DNA of 64,000 bases from positions 248,001 to 312,000 of the forward strand of contig JAKMXF010000166.1 of NCBI GenBank assembly GCA_024704765.1, given 5' to 3'. Positions within the stretch are counted from its first letter, which is position 1, and each line of letters starts with the position of its first letter. Below are positions 23,384 to 33,660 of the stretch, one piece after another. The notes below the pieces were generated by a model that was given only the letters and a program-made list of their open reading frames with translations, had not been told where the DNA came from and did no database searches. Source of the stretch: Oopsacas minuta. Taxonomy: Eukaryota; Animalia; Porifera. The translations under genes and the position numbers were made by a program.

Positions 23384-24056
23384 AAATACAGACAGAGGTA
23401 TGATTTAGGGTTAAAATCTGGGTAGGAGGATTTGTAAATGGTGGTGTAGTCGAGATTCTGGGGTTGAATACTGAACACCCTGGAATCAAAGTTATCAGAA
23501 GTTACAACAGGCCGAATTTTTGTGAATTATTATACAATGCAATTAGAATACTTATGGCGCAATATTATCATAAGGAAATGTTAACACTAGCAACTAGTCT
23601 GTACCTTGCAGCATGTTATCTTCAGGATATGAACTAACCTTGCTATAATTAGAAATATAACGAATATACTTGTAATATTTAAAATTCAAACGCAAACAAG
23701 ATTAGTTGCAGGATTGTGGAAACAATGTTCAGACAAAATTCGCGGATATTTCTCAGATTCCTAAAACTGACGTATGTAGTACGGAAATAGCAACATTTTG
23801 TTCCAGACTTATGTTAAATTAGGTCAATTTTGAAGCATCCCTCGAGTAGTGGGAGTAGGGATTTACCATGGATAGTGGGAAAGCAGTGAAACGTAATATC
23901 TGACTACCTATGTAGCAAGTAATGAGGGAAGGATAATTTATAGGAGAATAGGTCAAGGAATTTCCTTCAAATCTAACTGTACCTATGCTGAATTTCAAAC
24001 TATTTGCTAAATATTGTAGCCACAACTAATTGCAATTCAAGCTTATTAAAGTAACA

Positions 24057-24233
24057 TGCAGGTAAACCTCCGAAATGCGGCACTTTTGGGAGCAGCGCTT
24101 GTGCAGGATCTCCGGAAGTTGTCCTCATTTAGCAATAAATTATATGAAGGTCAATCAGGAGAATGGTTTTGTGCCGTATCTCAGAGGGTGTCGTATTTCA
24201 AAGGTGTCGCTCGCTTTTAGAGGTTTACCTGTA
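24057..24233. mobile_element. pogo/Tigger-type MITE in the palindrome spacer
   Basis: CAGGTAAACCTC(CG/TA)AAA inverted ends (24059 and 24231); TA at right flank, TG at left. Confidence 0.7.
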
Positions 24234-24588
24234 GTACGAGAGATACATGATCTAATGGTATTGCAGCAGCCCAGCTCAGCTCGTGTTTATAGCATGTACA
24301 AACCTTAGTCCATAAATAATTCGTCTTTATAATATTCATGATAGAGTATATGAGTATAGTGATACTTTTGTGGACAACCGCCTATATCACCTTATGTGGA
24401 TCTAATAATATTTGTTTGGAAAATTGATTGTTGGGGCCAATTCGGAAGAAACAAAAAAATCAATATACGTATAATCCAAAATAATATATCAAAAATCATG
24501 ATACCCAATATCTATAGTGTAAATAAATCAATTCCTAACATGGTGGAAACATGAGAACGATTATATTATATTAATAGTTTGAATCAAT

Positions 24589-24665
24589 CCATATATGGAT
24601 AAATCTATCCATATAATATTGAATGGATGAATATAAGAAGAGTATTTATATTTCTCCTTATAAGG
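24589..24665. promoter_or_regulatory. Two perfect CArG boxes upstream of cofilin copy 2
   Basis: CCATATATGG 24589-24598, CCTTATAAGG 24656-24665. Confidence 0.65.
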
Positions 24666-24817
24666 AGATATATTCTATTCTATTATTAGATACAACCTCA
24701 TCTAAACAAATAAATTTATAAACTATAAATATGCGAAGAAACATGAAATGAGTAAAAAATATTTCTTGGAACAATCTTCAAATAACAAACAGTACTCCGA
24801 ATTGAATAATAACTGAT

Positions 24818-25280
24818 ATGGTAAGTTCCATTAACTGGTACTGACTTATAGAGTTAAATAATCATATAATAATTTGTATATTATACTATCTCTCTAATTG
24901 AATAGAGTAGAGCAAGCATAACAGGTATTGAAGTTACATCAGAATGCATAGAAGCAATGAATAGAGTTAACAAGCGAACAGCAAGAGCTGTAATCTTCTA
25001 CATCAAAGAACAGACGTGTATCTGTGTAGAGACTCTCATAGAAGATAGAGAACTGATTGTAGATCTGAAAGATACTCATGAAACAGCTGAAAAGAGAACT
25101 GGTAGTCTCTTTGCAAAGGTAGTGGATATTCTGAAGGAAGCAGATGTCACTAGAGGCAGGAATGAACCTCGATACATATTCACTAATCTAGTCTGTGAGA
25201 AGAAAGGGAGAGTTGTCGACAAGATGGTACTCTTCCATTTGTAAGTATATACACATTTACATAATAATTCTCACATTATC

Positions 25281-25329
<49 letters not shown>

Positions 25330-25533
25330 TACTGTGTACGTATTTATTATTCTGTGTATTATAGTAATCCAGAAGGATGTGGAGTGAGAGAGAAGATGAT
25401 CTATGCGAGCTCTAAGGGAGCATTGGGGATGTTAGCTAGTATGTCATTTCTACATCTGCATCTATCAAACTATGATGACTTTGAATTTGAAGAAGTTAAG
25501 AAGCAAGTTCTCTTCAAGGCTGCTTCTGCTTAG
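24818..25533 (+). CDS. ADF/cofilin family protein, copy 2; join(24818..24820,24906..25240,25365..25533)
   Basis: ATG|GTAAGT first coding exon (the ATG-only exon typical of ADF/cofilin genes); acceptor AG 24904-5; second intron 25241-25364 (phase 2); MSRASITGIEVTSECIEAMN...KMIYASSKGAL. Confidence 0.9.
25281..25329. repeat. (ATT)n microsatellite in cofilin intron 2, right copy
   Basis: Same length as left copy. Confidence 0.95.
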
Positions 25534-26189
25534 ACTATTGGATTCATTATTTCTCTATCTTAGATTCTTTATCTGTTGTTTACTAGTCTGGATTGTATTA
25601 ACAATGTATTGTGTTAATCTTTGAAAAATAAACAAATTCCTTTAAACTTTTACGCTCAAACCTTGGGAAGACTGCGGAGCCAAAATGCTCCATTTCTGGA
25701 ATATGCGCTTTTCATTGAGGCACTATAGAATACTAAATATAAGCTAGTATATTTCATCTAATAGCACTACATACATTCAATTTTCTAGTGTACAAGTCAG
25801 TACAAGTTGGAATTTTAGAATTTTATATGGAATTATTTGTTGTAATTAATCATGTGTTGAGTTAATTGATTCGTTTAAATATACCCACTATGCTGACTCC
25901 AGTATTTTTACACTTTTTGAATAACTTAGAAACATACCCTCAACTACTAGATAGTGGTAAACAAGTACGCTGAATCTGAATTTCGCATTTCCGTAAATTC
26001 CGACTAATAGTACTTCAAGGAGCGAAGCGACCAGCCAAGGCTCGTACTTATTAATCAAAGGTATGAATTTGTTAATAACTTAATTGAGCATATTCAGACA
26101 AATATGATGAGTAGAAATATTTAACCTAAAGAGCAAGTAAACAACCAGTAACAGTAACAGTAATTTCTTGGCATCAAAACAATCATCCA

Positions 26190-27746
26190 TCATCTAATCT
26201 TTAGCATAACTGCAACCAACAAGAACACACCAAGAATTAAACAAATAACATATCTAGTGATAATGAAAAGTTTTGTTTTAAATATACTTTTCAATTTCGA
26301 AAAATAGGATCCTTGAGAAGAAAGATGAAAAGCGGATTTTTCCTTCTGTAACAATTCTACAGAACCATCTGTTAATTGTGTGTTGTTGTTTTTCTTCAAT
26401 GTAAATTTATTCCAGTCACGACTAAAGAGTAGAATCATAGCTGCAATAAAACATGAAACACGAAGCACACCTTGTATCCAATACATTGCAAGTGCCTTCC
26501 GAGCAAAATACCTAACAAAGACAACTTGTGCAATGAACCCTGTCACGAATAGAAACAAAAACTCCACACCAGCATATATTTGTTGCATACCACATGCATT
26601 CATGACTCCCTGTCCTAATATAACGATGTCACTAAGGATGATAATTGGCAGTAATAGTAAGTTTAAATAGAGTTCTTGTATGAAGCTATCATCTGTCGTG
26701 AACAGAACACTTAACGGCCGATGCAATAGCATTGCCATTACACTAAGAAATATTATGATAGTTTCTCCGAATGCCATTCCAAAAATAGCAGATCTCTTGG
26801 CTTTGGTGATAGTGTTTGCACCCAACAGCTGACCAACACGGATTGTTAGAGCTCTAGCATAACCCATGGTAAATAACGAGAATATGAACCATACTGAATA
26901 CATTATGGAGTAAATCGCTAACTGATTCTTGTCATGTGAAATTAATAGCAACACTATAATAGGAAATATGCAGGAGATTGTAGTACCTAAGACTATTTGT
27001 ATGGTAGCTGGGATTGCATATTTAGCAGTGTGGTACCATTCATTGATCAAATCAATACTAAACTCTGCATGAGACAAGAATTGGGGAAATAATCTAAGAT
27101 GTAGAAATAAGAGTAGAGCAATGATGTAGTTACTGATGACGTAAGCTGCTGCTGAACCAGCAAGTCCGAGATCATAATCGAATATGAAAATGTATTGGAG
27201 TATGCCATTGAATATGTTCCCAATTAGAAGATACATTAATGGTATCCAAATAGTATTTTGTGATTGAAGAAAACAAACAGATATCTTGTAGTAAGCATAA
27301 GCAGGGAATCCAAAACAGTATATGCTGGTGTAGCTTCCAGCACTAACTGACAACTCCCAATTTTGAGTGATAAAGTAGACGATGGGCCTAACACTGACAC
27401 ACAGTGAGAAGAGAGGAAAACAAAGTAGAATCAATAGCATTAAAACTCTATAGTAATGCAGTACTACTAGTCTATGTTGATTGGCTCCGTATGTTTGAGA
27501 ACAGAGAATACTCACATAAACTGACAAACCTTCTGAGATTGAATAAGCTGCACATGTTGTGACCATCTGACCAATGAAGAGAGAACTCAGTTCTGTGGAA
27601 ACATCCTCGCCTGATACCCTTCCAATAAATATATTACTCAATTTCAATTGGAACCCTTCTGTTAGACTCATTATTGAGGTTGGTAATGCAAGTAGAGTAA
27701 GGAAATGTATTTCTTCTAACATCCATGTAAACATTTGCAATCCCAT
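26190..27746 (-). CDS. MATE family (SLC47-like) multidrug/toxin extrusion transporter, single-exon CDS
   Basis: About 12 hydrophobic segments; ILCSQTYGANQ and IRVGQLLGAN repeats typical of the two MATE halves. Confidence 0.88.
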   Translation of the reverse strand: MGLQMFTWMLEEIHFLTLLALPTSIMSLTEGFQLKLSNIFIGRVSGEDVSTELSSLFIGQMVTTCAAYSISEGLSVYVSILCSQTYGANQHRLVVLHYYRVLMLLILLCFPLFSLCVSVRPIVYFITQNWELSVSAGSYTSIYCFGFPAYAYYKISVCFLQSQNTIWIPLMYLLIGNIFNGILQYIFIFDYDLGLAGSAAAYVISNYIIALLLFLHLRLFPQFLSHAEFSIDLINEWYHTAKYAIPATIQIVLGTTISCIFPIIVLLLISHDKNQLAIYSIMYSVWFIFSLFTMGYARALTIRVGQLLGANTITKAKRSAIFGMAFGETIIIFLSVMAMLLHRPLSVLFTTDDSFIQELYLNLLLLPIIILSDIVILGQGVMNACGMQQIYAGVEFLFLFVTGFIAQVVFVRYFARKALAMYWIQGVLRVSCFIAAMILLFSRDWNKFTLKKNNNTQLTDGSVELLQKEKSAFHLSSQGSYFSKLKSIFKTKLFIITRYVICLILGVFLLVAVMLKIR

Positions 27747-28214
27747 TATTTTATTTTATGATTTACGTGAACACAATCCATTTTTATCACAAAATTTATA
27801 GAATACTTATCTTAACACATCGTGAACACAGTGCTAAGTATATTGATTCTTATAATCTTATATCAGTAATTCTTACATTGAATTTTGGGGCCTCATAATT
27901 GATTTTCTTATTAAACTTGATTCTTCATGTATTTCTAAGAATATTACTAGGAATTCATTACATATTCTTAGTTTTTATTAAAAATTCTTAAATTACTTAT
28001 ACTTAACCATCTAGGATGTGTCGCCACTTGTGTTGCCCAGATTTTGACATTGTATGATCAACAGTTTTACACACATAAAGATATAATCAATACTATTACG
28101 ATATAGTCCATCTAAAAAGCTAATACTATATTATCCTGCTGTTAACAATCCGTCTTTAGGAAGAAAGCACACACAAATACTATAAACTATACACACTTTA
28201 ACAAACTCAATAGT

Positions 28215-31010
28215 TCAACAGGTGAACTTCACTCCCACCCCTATTGTAGGACGTAAGACTCCCCCACTTGACGAGGCGGAGCGTTGTCCTAATTTGCACT
28301 CGTCTTCACTACTGTATATCCCGTCATTCTCATTAGCTGCTGTGGGTACTCTTAGAGTAACAGATCCACTGCGGGTAGTTACTTCATTATTCAAACCGGT
28401 AGAGATTAATGAGAGCTGACAACTCGAGGAGGATAGTGTTTCTGGGGTAATTGTGATTCTAGTTTCGCTCCCAGGCATACTTGCTAATATCCTTAAACAG
28501 GCAGCCGCTGGTCCGCTACTTCGTCCTGTCTCGAATTCTGTGGAAGTTCTATCTCTCTTTTGTGTTCGTCTCAGTATACTTACAACTGTAACATCTCGAA
28601 TAACAGGGTTAGAAAATTGTAAGGGAGACAATTCTACCTTAAGATATGCTACTATTCCGGCATCTGACGATCCTATCATGCTATTGAGATCATTAACTGC
28701 TGTCAGGTCCGCTTGTTGTTGAGTTAGATAAGCTCTAAATTCGTTATTCAAACGGATTGTATCTCTCTGCCCTGGGAAACTTTCTCGGCTAAAATCATTG
28801 TTTTGTATCATTTCACCTATCTGGTCGTTCTGGAACAGATCTAAATTGAGTCTTGGTATGTTCCTACAAGGTTCTCTAGTTCCTGTTCTGAATGCTTCTC
28901 TTTGTATTTCTCCGATCTTTGTGTTTTCACATAAAACAGATGCAATACTTATTTCCCTAATTGATTCCAGTTGTTCGCTCGTAAACACACCTTCGTTCTC
29001 GAAGTAGAATCTGTCTCCATCACGTAGGTTCTTGAAAGTAAGCCCTACTATACACGAGAAGGTAGAACCAAGCAAACTTCCAGGCAACCTTTGCTCCGAT
29101 AATCCAAGTGGAAACAGGTCAGCGAAGTCCAGGTCTCTTCCATAGAGTGTTTGCAGACGTCGGAGAGTAGTAGAGCTTGCAATAGGAGATTCTATGTCGA
29201 AGATTGATTTACAGAAGCGTCTTGCCTGTAGGTATGTAGGCAATCCATGGTCTCGACCTCGCTGTATATTCCTGGCTGCTAAATCTAGTGGAGGGGTAAT
29301 TTCTTCTTCTACAAACAGAAGATTTGCAAAAAGTTTGTTTGTTAGTATTGCGTTAATGAATTCATCAAGTCTCCTTGACTGCGAGTTTACCAAACCTCGG
29401 ATTATCGGATCTACTCCTCCTGTATGGCTGTCGAAGAATAGCCTGCTGTTGAAGAAAGCGTCTAAAAGTCGTAGCTCTCCCAGAGAATTCCAATTCGAAT
29501 CAAACCTAAAAAATCCACTACGAATTTGACTATGGCCGAACCTGTAAGCAGCTGTTGCGAATTCGTTCGAAGCCCTGGGATCAGCACTGGCATTATATCC
29601 TAAGTAAGGTCCTATCAATCTCTGTACATTATTGCTACCTAGCAGAACGGGGAGATACTCGTTATACACAATATTCTGTATTTCTGCTCCAACTATCCTC
29701 CTGGCTACCTGGAAAATTGCTTCATCTGACCATAACTGATTCAATCTAGCAATTTCCTTCGCTATTCTATTATGTTCACGTAGCCATACGGTATGCATAA
29801 TGGAAAGAGAAAACTGTTCGCTGACTCGCCTATCTCCTGCTAGAAAGCAATTAAGACCGTTAACGCAAGGCGGTGTGGTCGGTACGGGACTAATAGGGAG
29901 GGTACCCGATTCGATCGGTAGTCCCCTTGAGATACTGGAAGGCTGGTCTGCTAATTCGAGTAGCAACCCACCTCTGAAAAGACGCAGAGATTCCTCTTCC
30001 TCTCTCGTGGAGCCGTAAACCATAGACGCATCTATTGTCGATGTAAGTTGATTTATTATTTCGCGATTTTTTGGCGCAGCGCCAATGAGTGGGACGAAAC
30101 AAGATGGAGCTGATCGTTCGAAAGGTAATGTATCACGGTTAAACTTAATATTCAAGATACTAGCAATAGGATCATCCCTAGCAACTGGTATATTTGCACA
30201 AAATTCAGGTTCTTTATGAGTATCACTCTCCCAACATTCCATGTCAATCATCTCATTACCTTCTCCAGCCTCGATAAGGTATGTCGTGTCGTGGTCAATA
30301 AATTGCCCCCATTGCATGACTAGATGTGTTAGCCCTCCCTCGTCAACATTTGCCAGTGAATTTGGACTGTTTCCATTTTGATGGATTGAAAGACTTATCG
30401 ATCTTGCTGAGGGCAATGGAGGTTGGAACGGATTTGGTTGTTGGAATCCTCTCGGCTCTTCTATCCCATCTTCATAGAGAGCTGGTAATAGTCTACTGAA
30501 TATATCAAAAGTTGCCCCATGTGATTGGAAAATTAAATTATTACAAGTACCGTCGATGTTACGGACGAAGAGTGATCTACGATCGCAATTTGGACGTGGC
30601 AGGAACTCCTCACACTCAACAGCTTGATAGATGACAGCTAAAGAGGATGGAGACAAACTGCCTGGTAAAAGCTGTCGTTTCGTCCTTTCAGTACCTTGGA
30701 TTTCCTTCAATTTCGATTCTGCTTCTTTTATTATCCGCTGTTGGATAACATGCGACATGGCTATCTTGGTTGCATTAGGATGTGGAGGCCTGAATTTTAT
30801 TTTATGAATATTCATCATTAAATTGTCAGACATATTGACATGCGGTTTTTGTGGCTTCAGTTTATAATTCTTCAAATCTATCCAATGATTTTTTATGGCA
30901 TTTCTAACGATTTCTTGTTCGACAGGGTCTATTTCCTCAAATGGTGTTATCTTACTTGAAACGTAAGCCGATATAAGCAATACGAATAATATTGCAACTC
31001 CAACTCGCAT
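28215..31010 (-). CDS. Secreted animal heme peroxidase (peroxidasin/MPO superfamily) with C-terminal extension, single-exon CDS
   Basis: Signal peptide; RTKR convertase site; RNIDGTCNN; QWGQFIDHD (distal His); AGDRRVSEQ; AAYRFGHS (proximal His); NIQRGRDHG; RDGDRFYFEN. Confidence 0.95.
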   Translation of the reverse strand: MRVGVAILFVLLISAYVSSKITPFEEIDPVEQEIVRNAIKNHWIDLKNYKLKPQKPHVNMSDNLMMNIHKIKFRPPHPNATKIAMSHVIQQRIIKEAESKLKEIQGTERTKRQLLPGSLSPSSLAVIYQAVECEEFLPRPNCDRRSLFVRNIDGTCNNLIFQSHGATFDIFSRLLPALYEDGIEEPRGFQQPNPFQPPLPSARSISLSIHQNGNSPNSLANVDEGGLTHLVMQWGQFIDHDTTYLIEAGEGNEMIDMECWESDTHKEPEFCANIPVARDDPIASILNIKFNRDTLPFERSAPSCFVPLIGAAPKNREIINQLTSTIDASMVYGSTREEEESLRLFRGGLLLELADQPSSISRGLPIESGTLPISPVPTTPPCVNGLNCFLAGDRRVSEQFSLSIMHTVWLREHNRIAKEIARLNQLWSDEAIFQVARRIVGAEIQNIVYNEYLPVLLGSNNVQRLIGPYLGYNASADPRASNEFATAAYRFGHSQIRSGFFRFDSNWNSLGELRLLDAFFNSRLFFDSHTGGVDPIIRGLVNSQSRRLDEFINAILTNKLFANLLFVEEEITPPLDLAARNIQRGRDHGLPTYLQARRFCKSIFDIESPIASSTTLRRLQTLYGRDLDFADLFPLGLSEQRLPGSLLGSTFSCIVGLTFKNLRDGDRFYFENEGVFTSEQLESIREISIASVLCENTKIGEIQREAFRTGTREPCRNIPRLNLDLFQNDQIGEMIQNNDFSRESFPGQRDTIRLNNEFRAYLTQQQADLTAVNDLNSMIGSSDAGIVAYLKVELSPLQFSNPVIRDVTVVSILRRTQKRDRTSTEFETGRSSGPAAACLRILASMPGSETRITITPETLSSSSCQLSLISTGLNNEVTTRSGSVTLRVPTAANENDGIYSSEDECKLGQRSASSSGGVLRPTIGVGVKFTC

Positions 31011-32068
31011 TTTGTCAAATACTATCGAGTAAAATTAAATATTCCTAAACCTATCCTGTATTTATCTCTCTCGTCCTCCAATTTGTTGATAGTTAAGTTC
31101 GTAATGTATTTATCAAACTTACTGACAGTATCATCAGTTATGGATATTAATTCTAAGCAATGATGATTACCCAGTGATTAAGTTTCTCAGTAAATTAATT
31201 TGATACTATTAGAACATTATCTCAAATTTCCTTCGTGTACTAAGTCACAAGGTCTGTATTGTTAATAAACATTAGGAACCAACCTAATCATTATGCAATC
31301 ATACGCATTTCATCCTGAGAATGATTTTATTTCTTTCCTCGAAATTTCTAAGAAAATTATCACTTTAGCATCATTTAGAAAATATCTTACGAACCAATAT
31401 GTATATCAATATTTGTAGGCATTTCGCCATTATTTGTTTAAGATTATGCTCATGAAGGTTTACGAATTTGTAACTTTACTAAAATTCAGAAAGTCCTTTT
31501 AAACATTACGAAATGCTTCTAAGAGAAGGGAAAGGATTATCCCTGGAATCCCTATTGACCTGTTTCAAGTAGGGAATCATGTAATTATTCAACTCACAAT
31601 TTATTCGAATCTTTCGAGACCTTAAATGTAATAATTGAGTTAATTACCAATTTTGAATCCAGGTTGCAACCGAATAGTTCCATATTCAGTTGCCAACAGA
31701 ATATTTCAATTTATCAGTTCGGTAATGCAGCTATTCACGAATACTGATATTTGGTTCGAGCGATTTAAACCTTATTAAATTCAATTCAAAATTACTCCTT
31801 TGTTCTTCCTGGCTGGTTATACCCACTATTTGGTGGATTTCCAAAACCAACCGATAGATTTTGAAAAGTTTCCCTTGATTCACGTATAGATCAAATAATA
31901 GAATTATTCTCACTAGATTCTTATTGTAAGTAAAGTATGTGGTATTGATCACCTGGATTAAATTTGGTTGAATATGTGTATGAAGAATTGGATTTTGTTC
32001 ATGCATTACTTGATATATCTTTCCTAAATATCAATTCTATTTCTATCTTTTTGGCTAGCATTGAACAA

Positions 32069-32674
32069 ATGATAAAAGCTATTCTTGTATTCAATAATTT
32101 CGGAAAACCTCGATTTCTAAAATTCTTTGAATATTTCACTTGTGCTGAACAGCAGCAAATTATCCGTGAGACATACCATCTGGTCTCTAAACGTGACGAT
32201 TCTCTCTGCAACTTTCTAGAAGGAGGTTCCCTCACAAGTGGAGGGGACTGGAAGATAGTGTATCGACATTATGCTACTCTCTATTTTGTATTTTGTGTCG
32301 ATTCTTCAGAAAGTGAGTTAGGAATTTTAGACCTAATCCAGGTGTTTGTTGAGACACTTGATAAATGCTTTGAAAATGTATGCGAACTGGATTTGATTTT
32401 TCATATGGAGCGAGTTCACCATGTAATTGACGAAATCGTAGTAGGAGGTCTAGTCCTCGAAACGAACCAAACAGGAATACTATCTCAATTGCATGTTCAG
32501 ACTAAAATCGAGAAATCGAATCAAACAGCAACCGGTCTCGTGAAGGGTCACATTAATTCCGCGCCTAACAGAGCATTTGTAGCAGCTCAGAGTCTGAAGA
32601 ACACAGATATAGCAGCTATATCCAAGAAGATATCTACCCCGAGTAACTTTAGTTTGAGGGGTATTAAGTTTTAG
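32069..32674 (+). CDS. AP3S1: AP-3 complex sigma subunit
   Basis: MIKAILVFNNFGKPRFLKFF..YRHYATLYFVFCVDSSESELGILDLIQVFVETLDKCFENVCELDLIFH; true start is ATG 32069, not the upstream TTG. Confidence 0.95.
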   Translation: MIKAILVFNNFGKPRFLKFFEYFTCAEQQQIIRETYHLVSKRDDSLCNFLEGGSLTSGGDWKIVYRHYATLYFVFCVDSSESELGILDLIQVFVETLDKCFENVCELDLIFHMERVHHVIDEIVVGGLVLETNQTGILSQLHVQTKIEKSNQTATGLVKGHINSAPNRAFVAAQSLKNTDIAAISKKISTPSNFSLRGIKF

Positions 32675-33660
32675 CTAGAATGTTTTTATATGGAAAGTTT
32701 CGTGATTATTGAGTGCTCTTTTAACTGCCTTTTATCATTGACTTCTTATGAACAGTAATTTTGTAATATTTCTTGAATCAGTTGTGCTTTTTGTTTTCAC
32801 ATTTTGTTTTGCTCCAGAGCTTGCAATGCAAGAATTTTCGAATATTTAGGTATGAATTGAAGTGTCATGTAATATATAATGATGATTATTCCAACTCGGC
32901 AGAACACAGAACTTTCGGATAATTTAGGTTGTGTGTAACACAGACTATCATGTAATGTAAGAGGAACTGAACCAATGAGCATTTTCAGTTCGGTACTCAT
33001 ATTTCGGATAATCAATGTCGCATGCTCGTTCCATAAGCTGCATCTTGGGTTGTCAGATTCTATATTGCTTGAAGGGTATTCTCATTTCAATTTGGAACGA
33101 AGTTTCAAACCAAAGTTCCGCCTCTTATTTATTCATCACGTTGCCAATAATCATTTTATAGGATGCTCTGGGAAATTTTGCAATATAATTCTTCTAGCCT
33201 GTTATTTTGAATTTTCAGCAGAACTATTGAACCTACGAACACATCGGGAGTTGACCGTTGTCCATTGTTGCATGGTTGTCCACTTCTCAAAGTTCTGTTT
33301 TCGGAGCTCTACTCAAGAGCGTAGGTCCATAGAGAAAAGTAGACTGGCTGAATCTTAAAACTTGTTAATTGGTAGGGAAATCAGTAGCAAATGATTATAA
33401 ATCATCAAAACTACGAAATGTACATATTTTCCCTTCCTCCTGGCCCTGTAATTTATGCCCATGGTTCGACTCTACCAAATTCATTATATATTATGTAGAC
33501 TGTAGACACCAATTACTGTAATGTCTGGAGAAATCCACTATTTTCCCTCTCTTGTAATACTCACTGCAAACCATTATTTGCTAATATTTACCAGACATGC
33601 AATACAATTGACTAGACACAAAAATGTATTTCTAGACATCACTCACTCCAACCTCCCTAT

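Larger units (their letters stand above)
24580..25535. repeat. Right arm of the 956-bp inverted repeat
   Basis: See left arm. Confidence 0.95.

Noticed and set aside
24075-24308. 77-aa ORF in the palindrome spacer
   Set aside because: Mostly inside a pogo-like MITE; no recognisable motif.
31964-32068. 35-aa N-terminal extension on AP-3 sigma
   Set aside because: Starts at a TTG and overlaps a probable 5'-UTR intron; homology starts at MIKAIL (32069).
32797-33358. Overlapping short ORFs between AP3S and MEK5
   Set aside because: No frame gave a recognisable or sustained protein on either strand.
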